Positions 1-9,088 of a DNA stretch of 64,000 bases are shown piece after piece. The position numbers were made by a program, and so were the translations under genes. The notes under the pieces are model-generated. The model searched no databases. It was not told the DNA's origin and was given only the letters and a program-made list of their open reading frames with translations. Source of the DNA: Vulcanimicrobiota bacterium (GTDB lineage: Bacteria; Vulcanimicrobiota; Vulcanimicrobiia; Vulcanimicrobiales; Vulcanimicrobiaceae); contig CAVZQC010000005.1 of NCBI GenBank assembly GCA_963777315.1, forward strand, positions 96,001 to 160,000. Reading direction: 5' to 3'. Numbering within the stretch: position 1 is the first letter of the stretch; each line of letters begins with the position of its first letter.

Positions 1-99
1 GTTGGTGCCTGAAACGATGAGCGCGCGAATGATCTCGGGATCGCGCGACGCCGGTCCGATCGTAGCGACGATCTTCGTTCGTTTTTGAATCTTATCCAT
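1..99 (-). CDS. pyk: pyruvate kinase, 5' portion (runs off window)
   Basis: Manual translation of the reverse strand from ATG at 99: MDKIQKRTKIVATIGPASRDPEIIRALIVSGTN, the classic RTKIVATIGPAS N-terminus. Confidence 0.93.
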   Translation of the reverse strand, partial: MDKIQKRTKIVATIGPASRDPEIIRALIVSGTN

Positions 100-113
100 G
101 AGCTCGTAGGCGC

Positions 114-1403
114 TTGCGCGGCAAGCCCCGAAGGCTCCTGCGTTTGAACCGGGATCCTGACGATCGAAACGCTTCGCAGCGCAACGTATTCAGCTTTGTC
201 GCCTCATTGCTGCTGCACGCGCTTGCGGCGTATTTTGTGTTTTCATTGGCGACGTCGTCGTCGCAGCAGGCCGCATCGGAATCGTTCTCGGGCAGTGCCG
301 TCGTTACCGTTACGCGCGAAACTCCCAAGAAAACTGCTCCGGCCACGGTCGCGCGTGCGGCGGTTCCGGTTCCCAAAGCGCCGCCTGCCGCGCCCCCCCG
401 CATACTGCACGAGCTTGCCAAGTTTGCCCCGACCGCACCGCCCAACCCCACGCCGGTTCCGCAGCGAACGCCCGCGCCCAGACCGGTGCCTACGCAGGTT
501 GCGTTGGCCGCTACGCCGGCCCCGCTTCCCTCGACCGCTCCTACGACGGCGCCCATCCGTATCGCCGCCGCCGTTCGGACCGCCGCGCCGAAGGCCGTCG
601 CTACCGTCGCGCCGCCCACCGCGGCGCCGACGGCCGCTCCCAAGCCGGCCCCTACGGCGCTTCCGACTTCGGCCCCGACGCCACGGCCTGAGCCTTCGGC
701 ACTCTCGGCGACGCAGGCGCCGCTGTTGGCAGTCAACCCGCAGCCTCTCATCACGCCCGGGGCCCCGTCGCAGATTCGAATTCCGCATCCGGCAGCAACG
801 TCTGCCCACGGCAAAGCGCCTCGACCCGGACCGACTGCCGTGGGCTCACCCGGTCCGCGCGGCTTCAAGGCGGTAAAAGGCCCGAGCGTCGTTCGGCCCG
901 TTCAAGCCGCCACTCCCCGGCCCGTCCGAGTTCGGCCGGCGCCGCCGAAAAAACGTCAGTCGCTCGAGCAGCGGCTCAAAAGCCTGTTGCCGACGGCGGG
1001 TCCCTCGTTTACCCCCGAGCCTCCCAAGCACTACTCGTTCCTAGGCAACCTCAAGCCGACCCCGGAGCCCGAGCCGACTCCGCCCCCGCAAGTCATCGCG
1101 GCGACCAAATATCTCTACGTAGAAAACGTCGGCAGCCAGCGCTGGAAACAGTCTTTTCTGGGCACGGCGCCGGAAGAGGCATACGTGAAGATGTACGTCA
1201 CGCGGGTCAAGCGCATCGGCTTCGTCAACTGGTGCACCGGTTGGGTCGTGCGCGCGCCCATTGCCGGAAATCAGCACTGGATCGTCGAGGACAACGTCAG
1301 CTACATTTGCGCCGGGCACTTAGAGCCGTTCACGCCCCCTGCAGCGCAACCAACCGTGCGCAGTCCAGAGCCTGCGATAAGCGCCCAGCCGAAGGGTCCT
1401 TGA
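114..1403 (+). CDS. membrane-anchored Pro/Ala-rich protein with TonB/TolA-like architecture
   Basis: Single TM helix SFVASLLLHALAAYFVF with S-x3-H, long Pro/Ala/Thr linker, ~80-aa globular C-terminal domain; start codon uncertain. Confidence 0.7.
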   Translation: MRGKPRRLLRLNRDPDDRNASQRNVFSFVASLLLHALAAYFVFSLATSSSQQAASESFSGSAVVTVTRETPKKTAPATVARAAVPVPKAPPAAPPRILHELAKFAPTAPPNPTPVPQRTPAPRPVPTQVALAATPAPLPSTAPTTAPIRIAAAVRTAAPKAVATVAPPTAAPTAAPKPAPTALPTSAPTPRPEPSALSATQAPLLAVNPQPLITPGAPSQIRIPHPAATSAHGKAPRPGPTAVGSPGPRGFKAVKGPSVVRPVQAATPRPVRVRPAPPKKRQSLEQRLKSLLPTAGPSFTPEPPKHYSFLGNLKPTPEPEPTPPPQVIAATKYLYVENVGSQRWKQSFLGTAPEEAYVKMYVTRVKRIGFVNWCTGWVVRAPIAGNQHWIVEDNVSYICAGHLEPFTPPAAQPTVRSPEPAISAQPKGP

Positions 1404-1426
1404 TACCGGGCATTTGTCGGCGTACA

Positions 1427-1564
1427 ATGACGGAGTCTCACAAGACCAGTGAGCATCGACATAAGGAGGGCGGTTGGAACCGCAAGATCCACCGGGCGAC
1501 GCAGCCCGAAAGAGCGCGCCGTAACAAGAGCGCTAGACAAGCGCTCGGCGGCAGCCGGACGTAA
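1427..1564 (+). CDS. small basic hypothetical protein (45 aa)
   Basis: ATG 1427 gives MTESHKTSEHRHKEGGWNRKIHRATQPERARRNKSARQALGGSRT; fills the gap and is followed by a hairpin. Confidence 0.45.
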   Translation: MTESHKTSEHRHKEGGWNRKIHRATQPERARRNKSARQALGGSRT

Positions 1565-1601
1565 CCGGTATTCGGGCGCGCTCCATGTTGAGACACGATA
1601 G

Positions 1602-1650
1602 AACAAGACGAGGGGCTGCACCCACTGGGGTTGCGGCCCGTCGTGTTTTT
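1602..1650 (+). terminator. GC-rich hairpin, probable intrinsic terminator
   Basis: GACGAGGGGCTGCACCC-ACTG-GGGTTGCGGCCCGTCGT followed by GTTTTT. Confidence 0.5.
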
Positions 1651-1678
1651 ACGGTAGTCTATGTCAAGGTTGATCGGT

Positions 1679-1706
1679 ATGAGCGTGGGCAGGTCCCGCG
1701 CTTCAT
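1679..1706 (+). promoter_or_regulatory. rimP leader hairpin (attenuator-like)
   Basis: ATGAGCGTGGG-CAGGT-CCCGCGCTTCAT then TGTT just upstream of rimP; resembles the GAGTGGG...CCCACTC leader found before rimP-nusA. Confidence 0.6.
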
Positions 1707-1727
1707 TGTTGATAGGGGATCGCTGCA

Positions 1728-2234
1728 GTGCAGCTCACTTTGGCGCAGGCATTCGGACGTGCGGTCGACGAAATCGCGCATGACGCCGGTTTTCCCGGCG
1801 TCGAAATCGTGCAGCACGCCGCGCGGCGCGCGCGCCATTCCACGTCGCTTTCGCTCACGATCGATCGCGAGGGCGGGATCGATTTGGCGACGTGCGAACG
1901 CGTCGCCGGGGCAATCAATAAACGGCTGGACGATCGCGAAGAACCGTATACCCTGCAAGTCGAATCGGCCGGCCTGAACCGTGCGCTGACCAAGCCCGGA
2001 GACTACCAGCGCTTTGCCGGACGCAATGCGAAGATCGTCACCTCGCTGCTCGTGCAGGGCGGCAAAACGCACCGGGGCGTCCTGCGCGGCGTTCGCGGAA
2101 CGAACGTCATTTTGCAAACGGACGACGGCGAACTTCCGTTGCCGATAGCAACGATCGAAAAGGCCAACCTGGAATACGACATCCGCGCGGATCTCAAACG
2201 TGCCAAAGAGGAGCGCAAACAGCACAATGCCTGA
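1728..2234 (+). CDS. rimP: ribosome maturation factor RimP
   Basis: IDREGGIDLATCERV, YTLQVESAGLNRAL; first gene of the nusA-infB operon. Confidence 0.95.
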   Translation: MQLTLAQAFGRAVDEIAHDAGFPGVEIVQHAARRARHSTSLSLTIDREGGIDLATCERVAGAINKRLDDREEPYTLQVESAGLNRALTKPGDYQRFAGRNAKIVTSLLVQGGKTHRGVLRGVRGTNVILQTDDGELPLPIATIEKANLEYDIRADLKRAKEERKQHNA

Positions 2235-3459
2235 AGCCGCAACCGAAGAAAAACTCATCGACGTACTGCAATTCATCTCGAGGGAGCGCAACATTCCGTT
2301 CGAGATGCTGGTCGAAGCGCTGGAAGCCGCGCTGCTCACGGCGTACAAGCGTCACTTCGGCAGCGAAGCCAACGCGATCGTCACGGTCGATCGGCAAAGC
2401 GGCGAATACAAGGTGTTCCACCGGCGCACCGTGGTCGACGAAGTCGCCGATCCCAAGCTCGAAGTCATGCCCTCGGAAGCCGGTCCGCAGTATCAGGTCG
2501 GCGATTTCTTCGACGAAGAGGTCACTCCCAAAGACTTCGGTCGCATCGCAGCGCAAACCGCAAAGCAAGTCATCGTGCAGCGCATTCGAGAAGCCGAGCG
2601 CGACACGGTCTACAACAAATATGCGGCCAAACTCAACGACGTCGTCAAAGGAACCGTTCAGCGGTTCGAGCAGCGTAACATGTACGTGCTGCTCGAAGGC
2701 AAGGACGAAGCGATGCTCCCGCTGTCCGAACAGGTCCCACGCGAAAATTTCCGCATCAACGACTTCATTCGCGCGTACGTGCTCGACGTTCGCAAATCGC
2801 CCAAGGGTCCCAGCGTGATCCTTTCGCGCGCGGCCGAAGGGCTCGTGCAGCGTCTGCTCGAGTTCGAAGTTCCGGAAATCGAAGACGGTATCGTGGAGAT
2901 CATGGCGATCTCGCGCGAACCGGGGAGCCGCTCCAAGGTCGCCGTGCGCACGAACCGGCCGGAAATCGATCCGATCGGTGCGTGCCTTGGTCCCAAATCC
3001 AGCCGCATCGCCAACGTTTCCGACGAGTTGCGCGGGGAAAAAATCGACGTCATCCGCTGGGAACCCGATCACGTCGCCTTCATCATGAATGCGCTCCAGC
3101 CCGCCAAAGTGCTGGCCGTGGAGCTGTTCGACGACGACGGGGTCGCGCTCGTCGTCGTGCCGGATTATCAACTGTCGCTGGCAATCGGCCGCGAGGGCCA
3201 GAACGTACGCCTTGCCGCGCATTTGACCGGCTGGCGCCTGGACATTGCCAGCGAATCGGAGGCCGACGAGGCGCGCGAACGGTACTTGGCCGAAAGGGCG
3301 CAGCCGGCTGCAGCCGAGGTTCCGGCAGCCGAAGAGCCTGCGGCCGAGGTCGAAGAGCTCGCCGCAGAGCCGGCCGCTGAGCCGCCGGTCGGAATCGACG
3401 AGGAGCTCATCCGCAAGTTGGAAGAGTTCAAGCGCGAGCGTTTGGGGGAAGCGGAATAG
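2227..3459 (+). CDS. nusA: transcription termination/antitermination factor NusA
   Basis: DFGRIAAQTAKQVIVQ, FEVPEIEDG, QLSLAIGREGQNVRLA; ATG 2227 overlaps the rimP 3' end. Confidence 0.98.
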   Translation: MPEAATEEKLIDVLQFISRERNIPFEMLVEALEAALLTAYKRHFGSEANAIVTVDRQSGEYKVFHRRTVVDEVADPKLEVMPSEAGPQYQVGDFFDEEVTPKDFGRIAAQTAKQVIVQRIREAERDTVYNKYAAKLNDVVKGTVQRFEQRNMYVLLEGKDEAMLPLSEQVPRENFRINDFIRAYVLDVRKSPKGPSVILSRAAEGLVQRLLEFEVPEIEDGIVEIMAISREPGSRSKVAVRTNRPEIDPIGACLGPKSSRIANVSDELRGEKIDVIRWEPDHVAFIMNALQPAKVLAVELFDDDGVALVVVPDYQLSLAIGREGQNVRLAAHLTGWRLDIASESEADEARERYLAERAQPAAAEVPAAEEPAAEVEELAAEPAAEPPVGIDEELIRKLEEFKRERLGEAE

Positions 3460-3692
3460 CCGCACCGGTGCGGCAGTGCGCGGGCTGCCGCGAGCGCAAA
3501 CCTCAAGCCGCGATGCAGCGGTTCGTCCGAGCCGCCCAGTCGCGGACGTGGCTACCCGACAGGGGTTCCAACCGGAGTGCCGGCAGAGGCGTGTACCTGT
3601 GTTCGGCGGCATGCGCGCTGCGCGCCGAAAAAAACCGCAAGTATCCGGGGCTTGCATCCTCGGCCGCCGAATACGGGTTTGAAGTAGGTTAA
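3456..3692 (+). CDS. ylxR: YlxR/RnpM (DUF448) RNA-binding protein
   Basis: PVRQCAGC...GRGVYLCS..C between nusA and infB; start is ATA 3456 or GTG 3468. Confidence 0.85.
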   Translation: MAAPVRQCAGCRERKPQAAMQRFVRAAQSRTWLPDRGSNRSAGRGVYLCSAACALRAEKNRKYPGLASSAAEYGFEVG

Positions 3693-3879
3693 CGCCGCGA
3701 CCGCACGCCAAGGGGTTATGTGAAGTGACATGTTAAGCTCGCACAATGCGTAATCGTTTCGGCTGCTCGTCCTCGATGCAATCGGGGAGGGAGCGCGCCA
3801 TGAACTGAGGGGAAAAGCAGGCACCCTCGGCTTCCCGCTCCGAGGGAATCAACCGGCCTGCAATGACGAAAGGCAGATT

Positions 3880-6603
3880 TTGGCTACCGGAAAAGTTCGC
3901 ATCTTTGAACTTGCGAAAGAGGTAGGGCTCTCCTCGAAAGAGCTTGTTACGCTCTTCAACGAACGGCTCGGCGGCATCTTCGAGGCGAAGAACCAGCTCA
4001 GCGTCGTGCCCGATCACATCGCCGACCTCGTGCGTAGCGTGCTGCTCAAAGCGGCGCCGGCGGCCAAACCGCCCGCTGCGCAGCCTGCGGCTGCACCCAA
4101 ACGCAGCCCGGCAAAAACGTCCGGACCGCGCGCGGCGGCGCCTCCCAAAGAAGAAACTCCCGCAGAACCCATCCCGACGCTCAAGCCGGTTGCGGCCACT
4201 TCACGCCGGTCGGCCGCCTCTACGGTCAAGCCCGCGGCGGCGCCTCCCGAGCCCGCGCCCGATGCAGGCCCCCCCGCCGAGCAGCCCGCTCCGGTGAAGC
4301 CCGCCGCCGCGCGCCGTCCTGCGCCGGCGGCTCAAGCGCCGAAGGTTCCTGCGGCGCCGGCAACGGCCATTACGCGCCTGCGCCCGGTTCCGGATGGTCA
4401 GACTTCGATTTTGCCTCGGCGTGCGGCGCCCCCGCCCACCACCTCCGCTTCGGCGTCTCCAGGCCCCCAGACGGGTCTTCCGGGACGGCCCGGGGTTGCG
4501 CCTCGCCCCGGACAAGCCGGAACGCCCGCGCAATCCGCAGGCCCGCGCACGCCGCAGCCCGGGCGATTGATCGCGCCCGCGCCCCAGCAGCGCCGCCCTC
4601 AGGGCAATGGTCCCTTTCGCCCCCTCACGCCGCCGGGCAATCGCCCTTTCACCGCGCGCCCCGGCGTGCCGCCGTCGGCCACCGAGATGCCCACCCCGAG
4701 TTCCGGGGGGCGCCCCGGCGATCGCACGCGCGACCGCGACGACAAGATCAACAAAAAAGACCGCGAGAAGGAGCTGCTGCTCGAAAAGGAGCGCAATCGT
4801 AAAAAGCGTCCGGACTCCGCGCCCGCGCCCGTAGCGGCAAAGCTCGAAACGATCGAAATTCCCGATCTGCTTACGGTTCAGGAATTGGCGACGACGATGA
4901 TCGTTCCGGCCAAAGACATCATCAAAGAGTTGATCAAGATGGGCACGATGGCGACGATCAACCAAAACATTTCCAGCGACGTCGCGATCCAGGTTGCCAA
5001 AAAATTCGGTTTCAGCGCGGTCGTGAAGGAAGCGGGCGAAGAAGTCACCGTCGAGCAAGAGGAAGACAAGCCCGAAATGCTTACCGGTCGTCCGCCCGTG
5101 GTGACCGTGCTCGGCCACGTGGATCACGGCAAGACCTCGCTGCTGGATAAAATTCGACGGGCGGACGTGGCCGGCGGCGAAGCCGGCGGCATCACGCAAC
5201 GCATCGGCGCGTACACGGTGGAACGGAACGATCGCAAGATCACGTTCATCGACACGCCGGGCCACGAAGCATTTACGCAGATGCGCGCACGCGGTGCGAA
5301 GGTGACCGACGTCGCGGTGCTCGTGGTCGCGGCCGACGACGGCGTCATGCCGCAAACGAAAGAAGCGATCGCGCACGTTCGCGCCGCCGGCGTTCCGATC
5401 GTCGTTGCGGTCAACAAGATCGACAAAGCCGACGCACAGCCCGAACGCGTCAAACAGCAGCTCGCCGAAGAAGGCCTGCAATCCGTCGATTGGGGCGGGA
5501 CGATCGAAATGGTCCCCGTTTCCGCAAAGACGGGCACCGGCATCGACAAACTGCTCGAAACGGTGCTGCTCGAAGCCGACATTCGCGATCTGAAGGCCAA
5601 CAAGAACCGGCGCGCAACCGGCGTCGTGATCGAGTCCGCGCTCGATCGCGGACGCGGCGCAGTTGCAACGGTGCTGGTCCAGAACGGCACGCTTCGGGTG
5701 GGCGACATCGTCGTAGCCGGCGGCACGTTCGGAAAAGTTCGAGCGCTGGTCGACGACAAGGGCAAACAAGTCAAAAAAGCCGGCCCCTCGATTCCGGTCG
5801 AGATCATGGGCTTGGGCGACGTGCCGGCCGCGGGCGACACGTTGATGGTGGTTTCCGACGAGCGCGTTGCCCGGGAAACGGCCGACAAACGCAAGACGCG
5901 CCGGCGCGACGTTCGCATCGCCGCAGCGGGCGGTCAGCGCGTTTCGCTCGAGACGTTCATGCAGATGCCCGCGGAGGGCACTAAGACGCTCAACATCATC
6001 GTCAAGGCCGACGGTCAAGGCTCGGTGGAAGCGCTGCGGGCGCGCATGGAATCGCTTTCGACCGAAGAGGTGGAGATTCGCGTGATCCACGGCGGCGTGG
6101 GCGCCATCACGCCCAACGACGTCAATCTGGCCAGCGCGTCGAATGCCGTTCTGATCGGATTCAACATCCGTCCGGACGAAACGGTCAAGCGCCTTGCCGA
6201 AAACGAAGGCGTCGACTTGCGGTTCTACCAAGTGATCTACGACGTCGAAGACGACTTGCGCAAGGCAATGCGCGGCATGCTTGCGCCGGTTCAGCGCGAG
6301 ATCACGCTCGGACAAGCCGAGGTTCGCGAAGTCTTCAAGGTCAGCAAAGTCGGTTCCATCGCAGGCTGCTACGTCAAGGGCGGCAAGATCGTGCGCAATG
6401 CCAAGGTCCGCGTGCTGCGGGATCAAGCCGTCATTTTCGACGGCGAGCTCGAGTCGCTTCGCCGCTTCAAGGACGACGTGCGCGAAGTGGCCGAAGGGTA
6501 CGAGTGCGGCATTCAGGTCGCCCGCTATCAGGACCTCAAAGTCGGCGACATCATCGAGGCTTACTCGGTCGAGACGGTCGCAGCGGAGCTCGCTCATGCA
6601 TAA
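3880..6603 (+). CDS. infB: translation initiation factor IF-2
   Basis: RIFELAKE N-domain, GHVDHGKT, DTPGHEAF, NKID, SLRRFKDDV; TTG start. Confidence 0.98.
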   Translation: MATGKVRIFELAKEVGLSSKELVTLFNERLGGIFEAKNQLSVVPDHIADLVRSVLLKAAPAAKPPAAQPAAAPKRSPAKTSGPRAAAPPKEETPAEPIPTLKPVAATSRRSAASTVKPAAAPPEPAPDAGPPAEQPAPVKPAAARRPAPAAQAPKVPAAPATAITRLRPVPDGQTSILPRRAAPPPTTSASASPGPQTGLPGRPGVAPRPGQAGTPAQSAGPRTPQPGRLIAPAPQQRRPQGNGPFRPLTPPGNRPFTARPGVPPSATEMPTPSSGGRPGDRTRDRDDKINKKDREKELLLEKERNRKKRPDSAPAPVAAKLETIEIPDLLTVQELATTMIVPAKDIIKELIKMGTMATINQNISSDVAIQVAKKFGFSAVVKEAGEEVTVEQEEDKPEMLTGRPPVVTVLGHVDHGKTSLLDKIRRADVAGGEAGGITQRIGAYTVERNDRKITFIDTPGHEAFTQMRARGAKVTDVAVLVVAADDGVMPQTKEAIAHVRAAGVPIVVAVNKIDKADAQPERVKQQLAEEGLQSVDWGGTIEMVPVSAKTGTGIDKLLETVLLEADIRDLKANKNRRATGVVIESALDRGRGAVATVLVQNGTLRVGDIVVAGGTFGKVRALVDDKGKQVKKAGPSIPVEIMGLGDVPAAGDTLMVVSDERVARETADKRKTRRRDVRIAAAGGQRVSLETFMQMPAEGTKTLNIIVKADGQGSVEALRARMESLSTEEVEIRVIHGGVGAITPNDVNLASASNAVLIGFNIRPDETVKRLAENEGVDLRFYQVIYDVEDDLRKAMRGMLAPVQREITLGQAEVREVFKVSKVGSIAGCYVKGGKIVRNAKVRVLRDQAVIFDGELESLRRFKDDVREVAEGYECGIQVARYQDLKVGDIIEAYSVETVAAELAHA

Positions 6604-6612
6604 ATACGCCCA

Positions 6613-6954
6613 ATGAAACGCGAACGGATGCAGCGCATCGATCACGAGATGCAAAAAGTGCTCGGAGCGCTGATCTCGCAAGAGCTCAAGGATCCGCGTC
6701 TGGGTTTCACGACCGTTACGCGCGTGCAGATCACGCAGGATCTGCAGCATGCCAAAGTCTTCGTGTCGATCATCGGCGATCGCCACGTCGCCAGGCAGAC
6801 GATGGATGCGCTCGCGCACGCGTCGCGTTTTTTGCGCGGAGAATTGGGACAGCGAATCGCGTTGCGCCACACCCCGCAGCTGGAGTTCGTGGAAGATCGC
6901 TCCACCGAACGCGCCATCAACCTGACCAAGGCGCTTCGCGAGAGCAACGCGTGA
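6613..6954 (+). CDS. rbfA: ribosome-binding factor A
   Basis: LKDPRLGF, DLQHAKVFVS, LRHTPQLEF. Confidence 0.96.
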   Translation: MKRERMQRIDHEMQKVLGALISQELKDPRLGFTTVTRVQITQDLQHAKVFVSIIGDRHVARQTMDALAHASRFLRGELGQRIALRHTPQLEFVEDRSTERAINLTKALRESNA

Positions 6955-7931
6955 TCGAGCAAGCGCGCACTATCGCATCGACCGCGGAAGTGGTACGGGA
7001 ACTGCGGCGGCGCCCCGCGTTCGTGATGGTGAGTCACGTCAAACCCGACGGCGACACGCTGGGCGCGGGTTTGGCGCTGGGGCTTGCGCTGAAAAAAATC
7101 GGCAAGCGCGTCCAGTATTTTCAACAGGACCCGGTGCCGCGCAACCTGCGGTTTCTTCCCGACACGCAGTACGTTTCGCGCGAGATCCCTGCGGATCTGC
7201 CGCCCGACACCCTGTGGGTGTTCGGCGACATGAGCAGCACCTCGCGCGCGGGCGAATTTCTTCCCGCGGTAAAGCGCGAAAACATCCTGGACATCGATCA
7301 TCACTTAGGCAACGACCATTTCGGCGCGTTCAACTACGTTCTGACCGACGAATGTTCGACCGGCGCGTGCGTTATGCACCTGCTGCGGGGATTGGGTACC
7401 GAAATCGACGCGCAGATCGCCACCTGTCTGCTTACGACGATCATGACCGACACGGGCGGCTTCATGCACAGCAACACGACGCCCGGCGTGCTGCGCCTAT
7501 CCGCGGAATTGATGGAGCTGGGTGCCGACAAAGAACGGATCACCGAAGAGATCTTTGCCAACAAACGGCTCGCGGCCATTCTGCTGCTCGGACATTCGCT
7601 CAGCCAGGCCCAAACGGCTCACGGCGGCCGCTACATCTGGTCGTACGTCGACGAAGCAATGCTCGCGCAGTGTGGGGCGGACGGCGAAGACGCCGAGGAA
7701 ATCATCAGCCATCTGCGCTCGGTCGAAGGCGTCGAGGCTGCGGCGCTGTTCAAGGCGTACGACGGCGACATTCGCGTGAGCTTGCGCAGCAGCGGGCGCA
7801 TCAACGTGCAAGCGGCAGCGGCGCGGCTCGGCGGAGGCGGACACTTTCGGGCATCCGGCCTGACGTTCGCCGGTTCGCTGCCGAACGCGATTGCGGCCGT
7901 CGAAGGGGCGCTGGTAGCGGAAGGGCTTTAG
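6951..7931 (+). CDS. nrnA: DHH/DHHA1 bifunctional oligoribonuclease/PAP phosphatase
   Basis: HVKPDGD, IDHH, TDTGGF, GGGGHFRASG; GTGA overlap with rbfA. Confidence 0.93.
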   Translation: MIEQARTIASTAEVVRELRRRPAFVMVSHVKPDGDTLGAGLALGLALKKIGKRVQYFQQDPVPRNLRFLPDTQYVSREIPADLPPDTLWVFGDMSSTSRAGEFLPAVKRENILDIDHHLGNDHFGAFNYVLTDECSTGACVMHLLRGLGTEIDAQIATCLLTTIMTDTGGFMHSNTTPGVLRLSAELMELGADKERITEEIFANKRLAAILLLGHSLSQAQTAHGGRYIWSYVDEAMLAQCGADGEDAEEIISHLRSVEGVEAAALFKAYDGDIRVSLRSSGRINVQAAAARLGGGGHFRASGLTFAGSLPNAIAAVEGALVAEGL

Positions 7932-7934
7932 GCC

Positions 7935-8183
7935 GTGAAAATCATCCTCGTTCTCGCGCTCGTGCTGGGCGTGGGCGCACTCATCGGAACGCGCCGCGAT
8001 ACCCCGTTCATTCGGTGGGGCATCGTCATCACGCTCGCCGGCATGCTGCTGATGGTGACGTCGGCGCTCTTCACGTTTCGCGGCGTAACGGCCGGCATCG
8101 TTTTGGCAATCGCCGGAGTATGCGCGTACTATTACGGCCGTCTGGTTCGGCGCGAGCAACTGTTCGTTTCGCGACCCAAGTAG
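7935..8183 (+). CDS. small 3-TM membrane protein
   Basis: 82 aa, three hydrophobic segments, fits tightly between nrnA and truB. Confidence 0.75.
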   Translation: MKIILVLALVLGVGALIGTRRDTPFIRWGIVITLAGMLLMVTSALFTFRGVTAGIVLAIAGVCAYYYGRLVRREQLFVSRPK

Positions 8184-8187
8184 CGGC

Positions 8188-9081
8188 GTGCTCGGATTCG
8201 CGAACGTGTTCAAGCCGGCGGGTCCCTCATCGGCTCAGACGGTCGCGCGTTTGCGCCGCATCTACGGAATTTTCGCCGGCGACCGGCACATCGCCGTCGG
8301 ACATTTGGGAACGCTCGATCCGCAAGCGGCCGGCGTGCTGCCCGTCGCCATCGGAAAAGCAACCCGGCTGATTCCGCTGCTGGACGACCGGCGCAAAGCG
8401 TATGTCTGCACCTTCGTTGCCGGTGCGAGTACGACGACCGGCGACGCCATGGGCGAAATCGTCGATCGCGTACCGCCGCCTCGGGGATGGGAACGGCGCC
8501 TGAGCGGCGTGCTGGCGCAATTCACTGGAAGGCTGGAGCAGACTCCTCCGATGTTCAGCGCCCTGCACCACGAAGGAAAGCGCTTGTACGAATTGGCGCG
8601 AGAGGGAAAAAGCCTGGAACGGCGTCCGCGGCCCATTACGATTTACGGCTTGCAGATTCTGGGTGTCGAACCTGGAACCGACGGCGCGCAAACCGGCGTT
8701 GCGCGGCTGCGCATTGCATGCAGTGAAGGAACGTACGTGCGTACGCTGGTGGAGGATCTCGGAAAAGCGATCGACGTGCCCTCCCACATGGGCGCGCTCG
8801 TACGCGAGGGCTCGGGTCCGTTCGTGCTGTACGAAAGCCGCACGCTGGACGAAATCGCCGACCGGCCGCAGCAGGCCGTCGTCGCGCCCGAGCACATCAT
8901 ACCGTTTCCGACGATCGTTCTGGATCTTCGCCGTTCGGCGGATTTCCGCGCCGGGCGCATCGTGCCGCTCCCATCCGGCGCCGGCAGCAAGCACGTCTTC
9001 GTTCGAGACGAATCGCGCACGCTCGTCGGCGTAGGCGAGGCGCACGGATCGCTTCTGGCACCGCGCAAGGTCTTCGTGTAG
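8188..9081 (+). CDS. truB: tRNA pseudouridine(55) synthase
   Basis: GHLGTLDPQAAGVL, PPMFSAL, CSEGTYVRTL. Confidence 0.96.
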   Translation: MLGFANVFKPAGPSSAQTVARLRRIYGIFAGDRHIAVGHLGTLDPQAAGVLPVAIGKATRLIPLLDDRRKAYVCTFVAGASTTTGDAMGEIVDRVPPPRGWERRLSGVLAQFTGRLEQTPPMFSALHHEGKRLYELAREGKSLERRPRPITIYGLQILGVEPGTDGAQTGVARLRIACSEGTYVRTLVEDLGKAIDVPSHMGALVREGSGPFVLYESRTLDEIADRPQQAVVAPEHIIPFPTIVLDLRRSADFRAGRIVPLPSGAGSKHVFVRDESRTLVGVGEAHGSLLAPRKVFV

Positions 9082-9088
9082 CGCACCG

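Noticed and set aside
92..868. Gly/Ala-rich minus-strand ORF
   Set aside because: Reverse complement of the Pro/Ala-rich linker of the plus-strand gene
4201..6870. 889-aa antisense ORF over infB
   Set aside because: Shadow frame of a high-GC gene with no motifs
6504..6950. N-terminal extension of nrnA (also the extensions listed for putB, add, mntR, NiCoT, DUF4331, aldolase, VOC and SIMPL)
   Set aside because: They overlap upstream genes or are spurious open-frame run-ons; internal starts with stop/start overlaps or RBS fit better
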